Part shown: positions 14,801-28,700 of the stretch, piece by piece
Position numbering within the stretch: the first letter of the stretch is position 1
How the letters are laid out: every line of letters starts with the position of its first letter
Assembly: GCA_000320545.1 (NCBI GenBank)
Contig: ADNK01001191.1
Coordinates: forward strand, 15,116-79,115
Source: Bigelowiella natans CCMP2755
Taxonomy: Eukaryota > Protista > Cercozoa
Direction of reading: 5' to 3'
Length of the DNA stretch: 64,000 nucleotides
Notes under the pieces: model-generated
What the model saw: only the letters and a program-made list of their open reading frames with translations
The model's database searches: none
Told to the model about the DNA's origin: nothing
Position numbers and translations under genes: made by a program

Positions 14801-16377
14801 CGCAATCAGATTGCGAATTATCGTCTGTCTTATAATCCCTCTCCCTCCTACTATCTTTAACCATAGGTATCGACAATGCATGCAGGATCTCCGATCCTTC
14901 GCTCCTCTTTCCAGCACTGCTTCCTCCTCCCTCTCCTCATGGCTCATCATACCGCCTCTCTCCTCACGCTCGTTCGGTCTCACGTCGCTACGCGACGACG
15001 ACCGTGTTATGGAAATGCGGGTTGGTGGGGCGTTGGTCCACGTTCCGATTGTCATCGGCGACGATTACACGAAGGAACACCAAGCAAGTTTTGCACATCG
15101 GTACCCTCCATCTGCCCACACCTTCTTGGGCAGTGTCTTTACCAACACGGAGGGGGGCAGCCTCGGAGGGAGAGGCGGCAATGGAAGCTCGGCTGGATCG
15201 AGCGGGGGAGCAGGTGCGTGAGAAGTGAATAGTGATGGTGATGATGATGATGATGATGACGACGACGACGACGAGAACGGTGACAACGACGATAATGCAC
15301 GAAGGAAACAACAAAGATTGGCGATTTTCCATCAAATACTTCCCATTAGTAGCCTCCCCATACTAGCACGCATACAGATACACGAACACCCACAAAAGAA
15401 AATATAAATGGGAAATGTTTCTCTCAGAGTAGTCGTTTTCCTTCCCAATCCCCATCACACATTTGGCAATTTCCTCCAAATGAAAATCGTTCCCAGGTGA
15501 AAATAATATGGAAGTGCTACGTACTGTGGTGACCCTCCCGTCCTCAAGTCGTAGAGAAGCTGCGGAAGCGCCCAGGCAACACCAGATTAGAGAGAATGAG
15601 CATAAAATAGGAGTCTCTATCCGCATGTTAGGGGGTGGCAGGAGTTTGGTGCATATATACCCGATATTATCACCCCCCCCCTCTGTGCGAGGCGGTCATA
15701 ATCGCAAAGACAAAAGTGAAGGGCAGTGCATCACAGAGGCAGCTCTCAATCCGCACGCTACAACCTCAAGATTCTCAGCCATTGGAACCCACGCAGAGAG
15801 TGTAGAACCTCTCCCTCTCCTGCCTTTGTCGCGTGGCTCCGGGATGTCTCTGCAGCTGTCGTGCCCCAAAATCGTCTTTCGTCTCGTGTCGGGAGGAGAA
15901 CATCAAAATAGTAACTACGCCAGGCAGCCATCCTCTTCATCTTCATCTTCCTCGGCGCTTGCGCTTACTCTCACCCTCTCGCACATCTCCATGAAGCACA
16001 GTGCGCCTTCGCTGATCACGCGGCGGGATGATGGCCAACAAAGTCAGCTTTCGGACCGGAAACACGCTCCTCCAGCTGTGCCAATTCAGATCCAAAGTGT
16101 GTCCGTACACAAAAAGAAGCAAATTGTTAGCTAGCCCTTATGATGTAATAGCTCTCCCTGTGCCAGGAACAACGTCGATCTGATTTCCCCCTTATGTATT
16201 CGTCGCCCGGCGAACCCATTTTTGTCATCAGGTGGCAGCACTCGGTCGACTCTACGCGTGGCCACTATTCAAATTAACGACGAGCGAAAGCAGGCGCACT
16301 TCCCCATCTGTTTCATGCCGATACGTCCCACCTCCTCCGTTGCTCCGTTCTTAAACATTTCTTTGCATTCGCACTCG

Positions 16378-16411
<34 letters not shown>

Positions 16412-17642
16412 CACAGCAGAAAACAACAACAACTTCAGCACCTATGACGCCATCTTCGGCCGGATATGGTGCTATGGCTGATCTTAGCAACACTGACAGA
16501 GTTGGAAGAAGGGATACGGCTGTTCCAGCCTCTCTGAAAACTTCAAATGGCGTGAACGATGTCCATTCGTCATCGTTGCGGATTTACCGTGGTGTTTCGG
16601 TCTCGACACGCGTGGCAGCATTCCGGCTGCGAGTCGATGCAGAAGTCGTACTGGCACTGGCAAGATTTGGGTCAAATGTGCTGGAGATTATTTCCTGCAG
16701 CAACACCGCCAGTGACAATGACACGGGCTGCCGTCGAAACTTGCTGCGGCGACAAGGCTTGTCCGGTCTTTCTTCACACCAAAAACATCATCACCGTCAG
16801 TACCTATCGCCAAGACCGGTTAGGAGGAGCGGCAGAAGTAACCAAATGGAAAATAATAAGACCCGCTTGGAGGCAGTCCACATTGCAGATATCAGCGGTA
16901 CTTCATATGAGTAATAGGCGAAATATAGCACCCGATATAGCATACACGCACGCGATTGTGCACGCAAACAAATGAATGCACAACCCAAATCCGAGCGCGC
17001 ACGATCACAAACGAAATGCTGGATATCAGGTTCCATATGCTATTTTGGGTCACCCCGCGCTGCAACATTGTTGAACGAAGGGTCAGCCTCGGAGGGGGGG
17101 GGAGGGAACTGTCCCCCAGAGTGGCTTATGTCTCTCCTCACGACACTCACAGCGCGCATAAAGGTATCTATTACAATGCCACAAGCCTAGGGAGATATCT
17201 TTATTAAATAGGAAAGCAGACGTCATATTTTTTAGAGAAATCCTCTCCATTCCGAGATATGCGCAATGACTTTTAATTTTCCCATGATTCGAGGAGATAT
17301 TCTTCAACTTTGAATGGAAATAGGTCCATTTTCTGAACCTGATTTGTCTGCAGGAGGCCCCAGTCGGATTGAGAGGAGTGCTTATTTGCTCGCAAGAGCA
17401 ATTTGGTGCCTCTGCTTTGACGCAAATGTTTGGAAAATCTGCTTCTGATAAAGATAGGAACGCTAATGGCAGCAGCATCTCTCAAATGCTTTTTGAACAC
17501 TACGTTTCAACGATGGCAATTATTCAAATGCTGCGACTCGTAGGTAGCGGACAACGCAAGTCTAGCTCGATTCCTTTGTTGTTAGAGCAAACATGGGGTT
17601 TTCCAAATGCTAGTATTAAAATTACTCGTTTTTCGTCTGTAG

Positions 17643-17680
<38 letters not shown>

Positions 17681-18742
17681 TTTATTTATATATGTGTATG
17701 TATATTCTTGGTCGTTTCACGCAGGTTCTGCCGGGGTTCTTGGAGCACCTGTCACGCTAGTTGATAGTCTCGGCAACGGGTTGCATGACTTGATTGTCGC
17801 GCCATTGGAAGATCTCAAACGGGGCCACATCGGTCATTTCGGAACAGGCGTCGCAAGAGGGGTCATGCGTATTTATATGAAGTTCATAGTGCCTTCTTTC
17901 AGTTTTCTCCCCAGCATTCTCTCCACATGCAAGCACCCTCCTACGAATAATGTATATACATTTTCAAATCAATCTCATCAATGGTTCTTTTACCACATGA
18001 TTGATAGGGAATAAGCCTCATCTCCAACTCGATTTACGGTGTGGCCAACACGGCTCGAATGCTTAGCGCCGCAGCTGGGGGTGGTCTAGCACGATGCACT
18101 TTGGATGAGAAGTTCGCTCGGCAACGTGCTATGGGCCTCGAAAATGAAAAGCCCTCCCACGCTCTTTCAGGGATATCTGCCGGGGTAAAAGCGCTCGGTC
18201 GCGGGGTGGTTGGGGGCGTGAGCGGCGTCGTTGTCGATCCCGTCATTGGCGCAAGAAGGGATGGCGTTGGTGGATTCCTTGGGGGTAAGGAGGATTTCTG
18301 TCATTTCCGTGCCCGCTTTCTCATGCACTTTGTGCGATACGTTCTGCATGGCCCGCGACGGCAAACAGCGTCATCATCCTCGCTATCACCGCTGCTTCCC
18401 TTTTTGCATGCATAGATGATGCGTCTCGGCCTCACGGGCTTTGCTGATGCATCCGTGTTGATCATCATTGTCTTAGGGATTGGAAAGGGGATGTTAGGAT
18501 TAGTTTTCAAGCCCGCGACAGGGGCGATGGACGCCTTAACGCAGGTCACAGAGGGTGTACGTAACACGACTCTACTCCTAGAGCATAAGGCCAAACCGAT
18601 AGCGATTTCACCTCCTTCCAGCCCTCCAAGAATAGCTGGAAGCGATGTTGCTGCCGACGCCATTTTTGGTGGTATTCGTGCTGACGACATACCCGAGTCG
18701 ATGGGTGAGAGGGGGCCAAGGGAACAGAAAGGGCTAAAAGAG

Positions 18743-18778
<36 letters not shown>

Positions 18779-20467
18779 GAGAATAAAGGCACGAATGGCC
18801 AGCTACTTACCAAGGGGCCAGTGTTATCGCCAGAGGAAAAGCGAAGAAATCTTCTCACTCCACGGCGAATTCAAGACGCTGTCAAGAAGCGGGATGCCTA
18901 CCCCCTCTTTCGCATAGCATGGGCAGAGGGAGAAGGGGTTTGGGGAGTGAGCTCTCGAAAGCCGTACGTGCGTATTGTCGATGACGTTAGCGTCGATGAA
19001 AGCTACGGCCATGAGGGAAGAAAGGATAAGATTGCAGGGGGGGATGAGGAGGCGGGGCTAAGCTCTGCTCCCTCGACGCCATGCACGGAATTCATTCTGG
19101 AGCACCATGGGTCTTTTGTTGCTCTGTGTTTGTCGAGGGACATTATGGGGCGAAGCGGAACGGGCAGAGAATGGCCGCAGGAACGCGATCTGTATCTTTC
19201 ACGGAGAAGAGACGGGAAGATTGGCATTGCCGAGCTCCGTGCAGAAGAAGATCGGGACGATAGCACAGGAGACGGCGAACACAACGACGACGATAGCGAA
19301 GATAAGGGTTCCAAGATCGATGCTTCAGGAAACCTGCGGGCTGCAACGTCGTCCTCCTCGTCGTTTTCGTCATCGCGTTCATCACTTTCCGAGCCTTCTC
19401 CGCGACTCATACCCATTGTAAATAAGCTGTCGATGGCTCAGCTCTGGAAAGTCCTCCCGGTGCATACGGGGGTGGTAGGGGAGGGCTGCTTGGTGCGGCT
19501 TGCACCCGCCTCAAGCGGCAACTACCACAATACCGCAGCAGATATTGATGATGATGATGATGATGATATAGTCGTTACCAAGGCTGGTAATGTCGTTAGG
19601 AAAACCAAGAGCACTTCCGTCGCTGGGTGGTACGAGTACCCGCATCACCGTGTCTCCTGCTGCCATTTCTCTCCTGTGGACGAGGATGCTTGCGTGATGT
19701 ACACTACGAATACGAATTCTACCTCTGGGACTTACGGGAATAATCGCGATGGCGGAAGGGGGGGGGGTAGCTTCTCACTGTTCAGACTGCAGCTAAAAAT
19801 GGGTGCCCTCGTGTCGCTCTATAATCCTTTTCTACGGCGAACTCTCATACTCGATGATTTCAGCCGATTCAAGATGCTCCAAGAAAGTGCCGGTGACCAC
19901 GCCAGCAAAGATAAGAAAGAGAAGCAGCAAGATCTGAATGCTGCTACAGCGGTCTTCCGGGCGCCAGACTATAAGCGCAGTCTTCCCTCTCAGTTGTTGC
20001 TCCTTCAAAGCAAGAGACCTGATGATGTCGTTTCTGGAAAAGAAAGTGAGATCGCACGTCCCCGCAGCCCCCACCACCGCCGTCGTAGTCTACCCAGGCA
20101 TTCTTATTGTGAAGGGCGTTGCTTGGTGCTCGACACGACGATTGTCGACGGCTGGTTCGGCTTTAGGCTAATTCTTGATTGGAGGCTGAAACGCCTTCAT
20201 AGTAGGGATCAAGATTGTGATGACGATCGCGGCCTCGACGAGTATTGGCACCAGCACGTTCCGACTACCGTCACGGTTGAAAATGCCGCAGATGATGAAG
20301 TCAGAAGAATGGACAGGAAGCTTTCTGAATTGCAAGAAGATAAGATCCTGCTGTCAAATCGATCTCCCTCTACTGTAGCAGTAGTAGCCCCAGATACGCA
20401 ACACAAAATATCAGAATCAGTAGCATCATTATTTTATGTGAAAAAGCACTTTCTACCCAAGCAGTGA
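145..20467 (+). CDS. VPS13: VPS13-family bridge-like lipid transfer protein, multi-exon, 5' end upstream of window
   Basis: Spliced N-terminal exons read KERMFASVVANLHVSL(K)|NMHLRFEH...CGITLHEARWYSTD...KLVRL|..GLGMYW..DDYIISPF, matching the chorein_N pattern. C-terminal exons (about 17720-18590) read GVLGAPVTLVDSLGNGLHDLIVAP...KALGRGVVGGVSGVVVDPVIGARRDGVGGFLG|GIGKGMLGLVFKPATGAMDALTQVTEGVRNT, the VPS13_C/ATG2_C pattern. The long + ORFs between (4328, 7255, 8230, 10079, 12885, 15508, 16222, 18416) are collinear exons. Stop at 20465-20467. Confidence 0.88.
1095..1186. repeat. Compound (CA)n(TA)n intronic microsatellite, representative of dozens in the window
   Basis: Directly visible. Similar tracts near 2590, 35420, 36403, 39193, 40758, 41606, 47190, 51777 and 52103. 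Confidence 0.95.
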
Positions 20468-21097
20468 GAATAAGAGTCAGTGCGCATATTCCAATTATTA
20501 TTATTGCAGTAGACAATGCATTGCGGTGAACACACAACATGTAAACTATAAAGACATAATTCTAGATGTACATTCTGGCTAGTCTGGTTCCGAATTATAA
20601 CACTTAAATGCATAAACAAATACATACATAGCATTCCATGTGCTTAGATTGTTGAGTCTAAGATGCGCGTTGCTACACGTGTACGCGTCCTTGGTATGCC
20701 TCATTTTTACTATGGCAAAACATGAGCACATTCACGCGTTTTATGTGTACGCCTTCAACATGCAAAGAACCGCCTCAGTGTGACGACGCAATCAACGCCA
20801 GCTAGCCAGTTTTGTAGGCATATAGACATTAGTATTTCGTATTACTACCTAGCTACGACTGTATGCAACCACTTTCTAGATCTGAAAAAGGTTGCTGTAC
20901 CTTGTACGTATGGCAGTAGTATACAAATTGTAGATTGGTCACACTAGCACAGTTGCGCTCACTGCTGCAAATACTGCTATTATATAATGGAGAGCACAAG
21001 TGCATAGACTGAATGGCTTAATTCATATAAGATCAATTGATTTGAAGAAAGCTATGAAGGCTTTAACTGTACACAAAGTATATAACAACTGTATCAA

Positions 21098-22905
21098 CTA
21101 GTTCTCCGCAGAGATCTGGTGCAGCAGTTTTGATTTGGCGCTCTTGCCATCCACACCGTTGTTCGCACTCGTCGGCAACAACGTTCCCTTCGGTGTCATT
21201 TGCATGTTGCTAGTTGCGGGTGAAATTGTAGCTTCCGCTATTGAATCGTCTTTATCGCTATCTCCCTCGAAATCCTGGTCGTTGTCCAGAAGTGATCTGG
21301 GGGACGAGAACGCAAGCTGAAATGCTTCGAAACATCGCCTATTTAGCGATATTGCGAAGGTTACCCGCTTGAAAAATTTTGCAAAAGGATATTTGTCAGG
21401 ATTGAACGCCCGCTGAAACAAAGCCGATATTGCTTCGGGGGGGTTTCCACCAGCTTCGCACCCCCAGGCTCCAAGGACAAGGTGCGTGTTCCCTTTTGCC
21501 GCAAATGTCGAGAGCATATTGATAATCTTCTTGAAGGTCTGCAACAGATTCTCTTGGTCAGGCTTCTTACACACACAAAGATTAACCTCGTTTCGACAAC
21601 ACCTTTTCCTCGTATTTAGGCTCCAGCCTTTCTCCCTCCGGGTCGGCAGTCCTCATGTGGCAGTAGCAGTGGGCCACAACCGCAGAGACTCGAACGGGTC
21701 GCTTGTAGAACTGCAATTCATTGTTTTCGAAAGGGTGATATAGAGAATGTGAGATGGAATGTTAGATGCGGGGGCCAGCTTATTACCTCAAAGTTCATAT
21801 CTGGACCGGCTCTCAGGAGATAAAGCGCTGGTATGTAGAGTGAGCCAAATTCGGGCAGTGGATACCTGCAGTCGGATTTCCGTACTTTATATGAGAGCTA
21901 TGCAAAGCTTTCTGTTCGTTCTTTCTTATCAACGATGGGTATGAATTACTTTGCTCCCTCGACGCATGCTACAAGATTTGACCTCCGGCATATAGCCTAT
22001 TTGTTATTGCAACGGTTGTTCGATCAGGAGAGCCTGTCGCAAACTGAGAAACTCCTTAAGAATTATTGATTTTTTGGTTGACCTCTTCCTGTCCACGAGC
22101 TCGACGCTTGTAACCTCCTCCTGGATTCTCTCCACTTCCATGGATGAGAAGACCCACTTTGCCCATTTTCTCTTTCACAAAGCGAAAGGCGACGTCACAA
22201 CAATCCTCATCAACAACATCAAATTGGCACAATGGTTTCGGCTCATTCGAAGGCATGGACGGGGAAAGTGAGGGTGATGATGGTAATGATGACGCAGTGC
22301 GAGAGCTTTTGTCCTCAATTTTCTCGCCTGTCAACGATTTCGAATGGATGGGAGGAAGAGGCGGCGAAGAGGACGAAGAGGACGAACGCGACGGCTCATC
22401 GCCAATGTTCTTAGATTCTTTTTCCATTGGCCCCTCCTCTGCCAACAATTTCGATGGAACTAGAGGTGTAGGTGATACCGATGAGTAACACGACGCATCG
22501 CCAACATTCTTAGATTCTTCTTCCATTGGCCGTCCCCCTGTCAACAATTTCGATTCAGCCGAAGGTTTAGGTGAAGATTTGTAGTCGCCGATGTGCTGAG
22601 ATTTTCCTTCCGTTGGTCGCTCGATTGCCATCACCAGTGATATTTCACACAAGCGGATAGACTTGTCTTGAGCCTTTCTCGAAAGGATCTTACCAACCTA
22701 CAGAAAGGGTTAGTAGGCATACATTCGAAGACCTTCTCTCCGCACGTGATCATCTGTCTCACTTCTATTTGTTCTTCGATTTGCTGAAGCTATCCACCTT
22801 AAGTTGGTGGAGGGTATCCCTCTGGACATCCGTCAGGAAGCGCTTCCTAATGCCTTTGCCACGCTTCTTCACACCAGCACCTCCCCATCCTCTGCCTTTC
22901 ACCAT
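21098..22905 (-). CDS. Microbial-type poly(ADP-ribose) glycohydrolase-like macrodomain protein (TIGR02452/DUF2263), 6 exons
   Basis: Spliced reading: ATG 22905 MVKGRGWGG..LK|VGKILSRK..DCCDVA..VGLLIHGSGENPGGGYKRRARGQEE|AICRRSNL..|YPLPEFGSLYIP..|..HLVLGAWGCEAGGNPPEAISALF..FKRVTFAI. It has the PARG signature GGG-x7-QEE and the LVLGAWGC loop. Confidence 0.85.
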
Positions 22906-23139
22906 CCCCTACTTCTCAGTGTCTGTAACGCCAAGCCAGTTTCTTGATGATTTTCGTGATTTTATTGTCGCAGGACAAAAACATCCTTGGATTCCTCAAT
23001 TAATACTCAAAACTCACATCGCTCACAGCAAGCGATGAAAAGACCAGCTGGAGGAAAATGCATGGAAATGCATCAGTCTTGTGGGTTTTCGTGGAACGCA
23101 TCTTCGCAAACAAGGTTGATGGAAAATTCCACAGTGTTG

Positions 23140-23720
23140 CAGTCATCTCTAGATCTGGAGATCTCTAGATCTGATCATCATGAACACGCTAGCACGCACG
23201 AGCTCGATCTGCTAGAGCTGCGATTCACATTGCATTCACGATCGAGTCGCATGTGAACTTGCTAGCTTCAGATGTCCAGAGGGTGTCAAGTGATGCCCTT
23301 CACCAACTTGAGGTGGACAGTTTCAGCAGATCAAAGAACAAATCGTGAGAACGTGACGTTGCGGCGCAAACATTGGAAACGCGCGCTAGCGCGTGTGCAC
23401 ACCGTCCCACGTCTAGACGTGCAGATGGACACAACATGGATGTGGCTCACGCACCTGCCTAGCTAGCTAGCTGACAATAGCTAGCTAGCTAGCATCGCAT
23501 GCCCCAAATTTGTGCAGTTGCAAATGAATTCATCTTGCTCATCCTGAGAGCAGCATTTCGTCGTGCATGTTCACACGTGTTAGCATGCTAGCGTGATGCT
23601 AGTGATGGCTAGATCTAGTAGACGGGCCCATGCGATTTGGGCTCGTCAGCAGCTACAAGAAATCGTCTCCCAGCACATGCGGGCATGAAGTATCCATGGC
23701 TACACTAGTACATTTCATGC
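23140..23720. repeat. CTAG/CATG/TGCA palindrome-rich island downstream of the AIP1 stop
   Basis: agctagctagctgacaatagctagctagctagcatcgcatg (23461), tctagatctggagatctctagatctga, tagcatgctagc. Confidence 0.75.
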
Positions 23721-23902
23721 TTACATGGCAACCATTATTGATTCACAAAATGTTCTTGCATTGATTGCCTTGTGTCGCATCAGTGTTACGTACAATTATT
23801 TGTGTGCATGCTTTATATGTACCAATCTAGCAATGGTAATTGGTGTTAATTAGTCATTTCTCAACGTAATCATCGATAATGACGTGCTGAAGGAATCGTG
23901 GT

Positions 23903-25682
23903 TTAAATCTTCCACGTTTTAATGCAATTGTCTCCACCGGTGGTAATCTGGGAGAGAATATGGTTTAGGGAGAATAAACAGAAGAAATAGCGAACAGAAT
24001 AAATAGCATAACGTTTTCAGACTCGGATATTCTATATGACATTATCATTAATCGTTCTTTTAGTGTTTTTCTTACGATGGTATCATTATCCAGCCACATG
24101 GCCTCATTCACGCCCGCGATGTGACAGGCTGAGCATATCACACATCACATGGATTAGTAATCGAAGAATTCCGAAGAGAATTGAGTGTACTCTCCATTTC
24201 GCTAGCTAGGGTGTTGTGAGTTCGACCTAATTTCTCTCTCCCCCCCCCCCCTCCGCACACACACTCTACTAGTTTCTCTTTTGTTGTGCTTGCTTACTGA
24301 AACGTTCACGCGATTTGGCATCAAATTTATCGAGATCCTTCCAGACGATGATCGTTTCGTCCATCGAGGCGGAAACAAGCTTGCTGGAGTCGGGAGAGAA
24401 CGCAATGGAATTGATGCGGGCATTGTGATATTCCCACCCGAAGGAGTTGAGTGTCTCGCCGCCCTTAGCCGTCGAGGTGATGTGAATCTAATTCGTGTAA
24501 TCGACATGAGAGGGAAGTATCCAATAGTAGAGTTCTCTCTCAAGAACCTCCTTTACTTCTAATCTTATTGCATAAGCAATACATCGGAGGTTGCTTTGAA
24601 TCATGAAGTGGAAATTCGATACTCGGAAGAACCCCTACCTTTTTGCTCGCGCCAGTAGTAGCAATCAACTTGCCGTCGGGGCTGCAAGCAACTGAGTAAA
24701 TAGGACCCTAGAGAGGAGGGAGGGGAGAAGGGGGTGAATATTATATGAGATGTGTTATGAGGTATGATGCGAAAAAACAGGTAGACATCGGGCTTGTTGT
24801 GCAATCATTACGAGATATCGTACTATTTTTTGGCGGGGAAAGCATAGTGTATTGAACTTGGATGGCACATTCTTCGTTTGGGGGTAATAAATATCTCTGC
24901 CCCCTCATACATCGCCATTCGAGAATGTTTTCTACCAACTTCTATCTTTTTGGCATAATCATCGTTGGTGTCCGATTCTCATGATGACATGGCTCTTTCA
25001 TCTCACCCCGTGCACGCCGCCCAGCTTGAAATCCGACTCTTCGAGTTTGCTGCCATCAACCTACAGCAGCAGCAGAAGCAGCAGTGGGAAACTTGCTTAC
25101 CGGGTAATAATTCACGATATATGAAACACAGACGGGTTTCATAACACGAGCATATCAATGCTCGTAATAGAACGATTCTCAATATGATCGCCGTTTGATT
25201 TGAAAATTCTGTCCCCCATGAAATTTGAAATGCAACGCTCTCCCCAAGCATGAAATGAATAAACGAAGGGGCAAGCATCAGCTAGCTATCAGATTTTCTG
25301 AGAGAAAATATCTGGCAGGTGAAGCAGTTATTAGTCCATACTAAGGTTTGGTATTCTGAAAGCATGTTTTGCGTCCCTACCATGACTGCCGCTACTACTT
25401 CTACTACTTCTACACCTACTACCGTATAGCAGTGCATCGTGCCAGCATCATCTCCCACCTACATAATAGTCGATAATGTAAAATTTCCGCTTAAATACAC
25501 CCGCACGCACGCACGCTCGCTCGCACAAATTGGTACTGTTGCTTGAGCTACTACCACAAGCATCTTATCGTCCATCGTGAATGAACCGCAAAGGGGCTTG
25601 TAATCAACAGAAAGCTGGAGAAGTAACAACGATGGAGAACGTAGGGACAATTAGTAACGCAAACGCAGCGATATTAATCATC

Positions 25683-25719
<37 letters not shown>

Positions 25720-28700
25720 CTTACAAATTTGGGTATAGGATTAGAACGATAATGCATTAATGTCTGCTCTTTCGAAAACTAACTAGAATAATCGTATCAT
25801 CATTACAAATCTCATTACACATAGACTAGCTAGCACAAGTAGTTAAGTAGTAGGCAACCGTGAACGCTGCTTTCTTGTCTTCAACCATGGTGATTTTACC
25901 TATCGAGGAGGGTGGATATGTGCATACGTAAAATCATCCACATTTATCACACCACGCCGCACAAATGCACACTTAAATCAGAGAGGGAGAGAGAAAGAGG
26001 GGACCTTGTGCGATGAAAGCAGCGACGAGATCCTTTGTGTGAGCAGCAGCCAATCCCGTCGGACACCCTCCCACAGGAATAGGCTCATTTCCAAATGCTT
26101 TGCCCTTTATTGATGTTGGTAGGAGAGATTATAATTTATGATAGGATAGATAAGAGGAAAGAAAAGAAAGATACAAGCTTCATCATCGACAATCATTGTT
26201 TTGCTGGGTATTTTTGACTACGACAACGACGAGGCAGGACGAGGCCCATATTTTGCTGCACTGGCGCCATCGTGATGCTTTTGGTCTACCTTTGGGTCAG
26301 TGAGTCTCAAGCTGTCGTCCAGACCCACAGTAGCAATGAGGCCACTCTTCAAAGTTGCAATGCCCGAAACATTCTGATGGAAGGTTGATAGATAGCAACA
26401 CAACACTCTTTATTCCAAAATAGTTGAGCTAGAGGAGACTGCAAGAAATAGAGATCGAAGGCGCCAGTGAGCTTTCTCTTCAAGAGCATAGCACGCGAGC
26501 AGGCAAAACAACTAAAGTTCCGAACCTTTTCCTTGTGGCCATCGCCCTCGAACCATTCGCTATCACCAGTCTTAAGGTCCCTGTATGCATGAATGTGCCG
26601 CCAGCAGCGATGCGATTTGTATTGTTAGTGCACTTAATCTCTCAACATAGTTATAGTAGTAACTTGTGGTAGAAGTAGTCATAGCTAATCCTAGCTCTAA
26701 CCCCAATAGTAGATGTAGTAGGAGTGTAGTAGAGGTGAGAGTCAATACCATTTTGTGAGTTTACTGGCAGAATCAGTGGATATGAGAGTCCCTATCATTT
26801 CGAGTAGGGGGAGAAGGGGGAGGAGGGGGAGGGGGAGGAGGAGGAAAAACAGAAAAGCCAGCATCAACTTTAAGTCCCATCCGCGCCACATAATATCAAT
26901 CCACCCTAGTACTACTAACTCTATCGTGTCTCTCTAGCAACCGTACCCTCAGAAAGCGTCATGCCAGAGATCTTCGCACGATGCCCGCAGATCCTGTAAC
27001 AAAAAGCTGCAATATCAGATTTTTGAAGACAGCCCTCCTCCCGAGCTCCGCATACATAAAAAATTGCAAATATGCTAATATATTGCCTCTTGGTGGGTTT
27101 TTCTGATTCGAAATCCCAAAGGGTCATAGATCCGTTGAGTGATACAGAGAGGAAGAACTTCTCCAGCCAGACGATACCAACCTTCAGCAGCACATAGAAG
27201 TAGTGAGAGGTGGAACTATGGTGGTGGTGGGTGGTGGTGGGTGGTGGTGATGATGGCGGGGAGGGCTTGGAAAAATCGCACCTGGAAGAACTCATGGGAT
27301 TTCTCGCCAGCGACGAAAGTCTTGACAACGTTCTTGGTCTCCACATCCCACACTTTCACAGTTTTGTCTGAAGATCCCGTGGCAAGCATCTGCCACCGAA
27401 GAGTTCAATTCAAAATTTAAACATTGAATCACGACTGCGCATAACGAAATCCTAGCCCCTAATCAGCATCTCTGATTCTGACCAAGTTTATATGCATGTA
27501 GATAACAATATTTGATGCGTGGAAAAGTAAGCATTCACATTTGTGATGCCGTTTCCATATTCATTCTAAATCTCATCAACATCTCCCACCATCTCCGGTC
27601 CGTTACAATACCTACCTTGCTGTCTGGGGACCATACCATACTGTAGATCGCGCTACCTTTGTGGCCCTTCTTCTTTCCTAACCAAAGCCACCAAATGATG
27701 AGACACAAATAAACCAGTTGCTGCGAAATCCTTCACTCACCCCCCATCTTCTTCACTGGCTCTGAAGGTTTCTTGCCGTCATATACGAAGATCTATGATG
27801 CAAAACAACGGTACAGAAATCAGATATCACGCATACTCTGTTAAGTTTGCTATGCCTCTCCTAACTGGGGCCGAAAATGAGAAGAAACAAAGACTTCAGA
27901 AGTATCTTACGGCCCTTTTCATTTCCATCATATTCTTATTCTTATTTTTCTTCCTAAAGTCGCCTGGGTGATCTATCGAATAGCATCAGCACGCACAGGA
28001 CTGTGTTTTTTTACCTTGGAGTCGGCTCCAGCAGTTGCAAGCATGGTGCTATCGGGAGAATACCTAATGAAGAAAAACAAGTTTATATTTATCACAATTT
28101 CGAAACGTTTTCAATTCGTGACAAAAAAAGGATCCAGCGTCACCATGTTAGAAAAAGAAATGAAGATCACCCCCGCAGACTACACATGCAAAACTTACTT
28201 GACACTGTTGCAGTATTTGATATGATCCTCTCCCTCAAAATCAAGGTTTTGCTTAACCTAGCAATTTAATCAAAGCAAGGAGATAAGTTTCAAACTAGGA
28301 TAAGTACACCCGGCATAAGCATGTAGTCATCAGTAGTGCTCTGTGAGAGTCGGTATTACCGGCACGTTATCATACACGGCAACGCAAAGATCTTCCCCGG
28401 AGGTAGCTAGGCGAAAAGGACGCTTTCCGTTCCTGTATTGTAGTCCGAATAGCGTTCAGTAGAGCACTTAAAAAATCCCGTTAATGTTTATTAATAGGTG
28501 CGCGTTATGGTATGCGTGTAAGGATGTGTTTTTGTGTTGGCGCGGTTTACCAGTCGCAGGAGATGATCTGGGCGGTGTGGCCCTCAACTTTGCCGCAACT
28601 GTTCCCAGAATCATACGGAAAGACCTTTGCGCGATTGGGGTTGCCGTCCCCAGCGGCACACACGCGTTTGCTGTCGAAAGACCAGCATATGCAGTTTACC

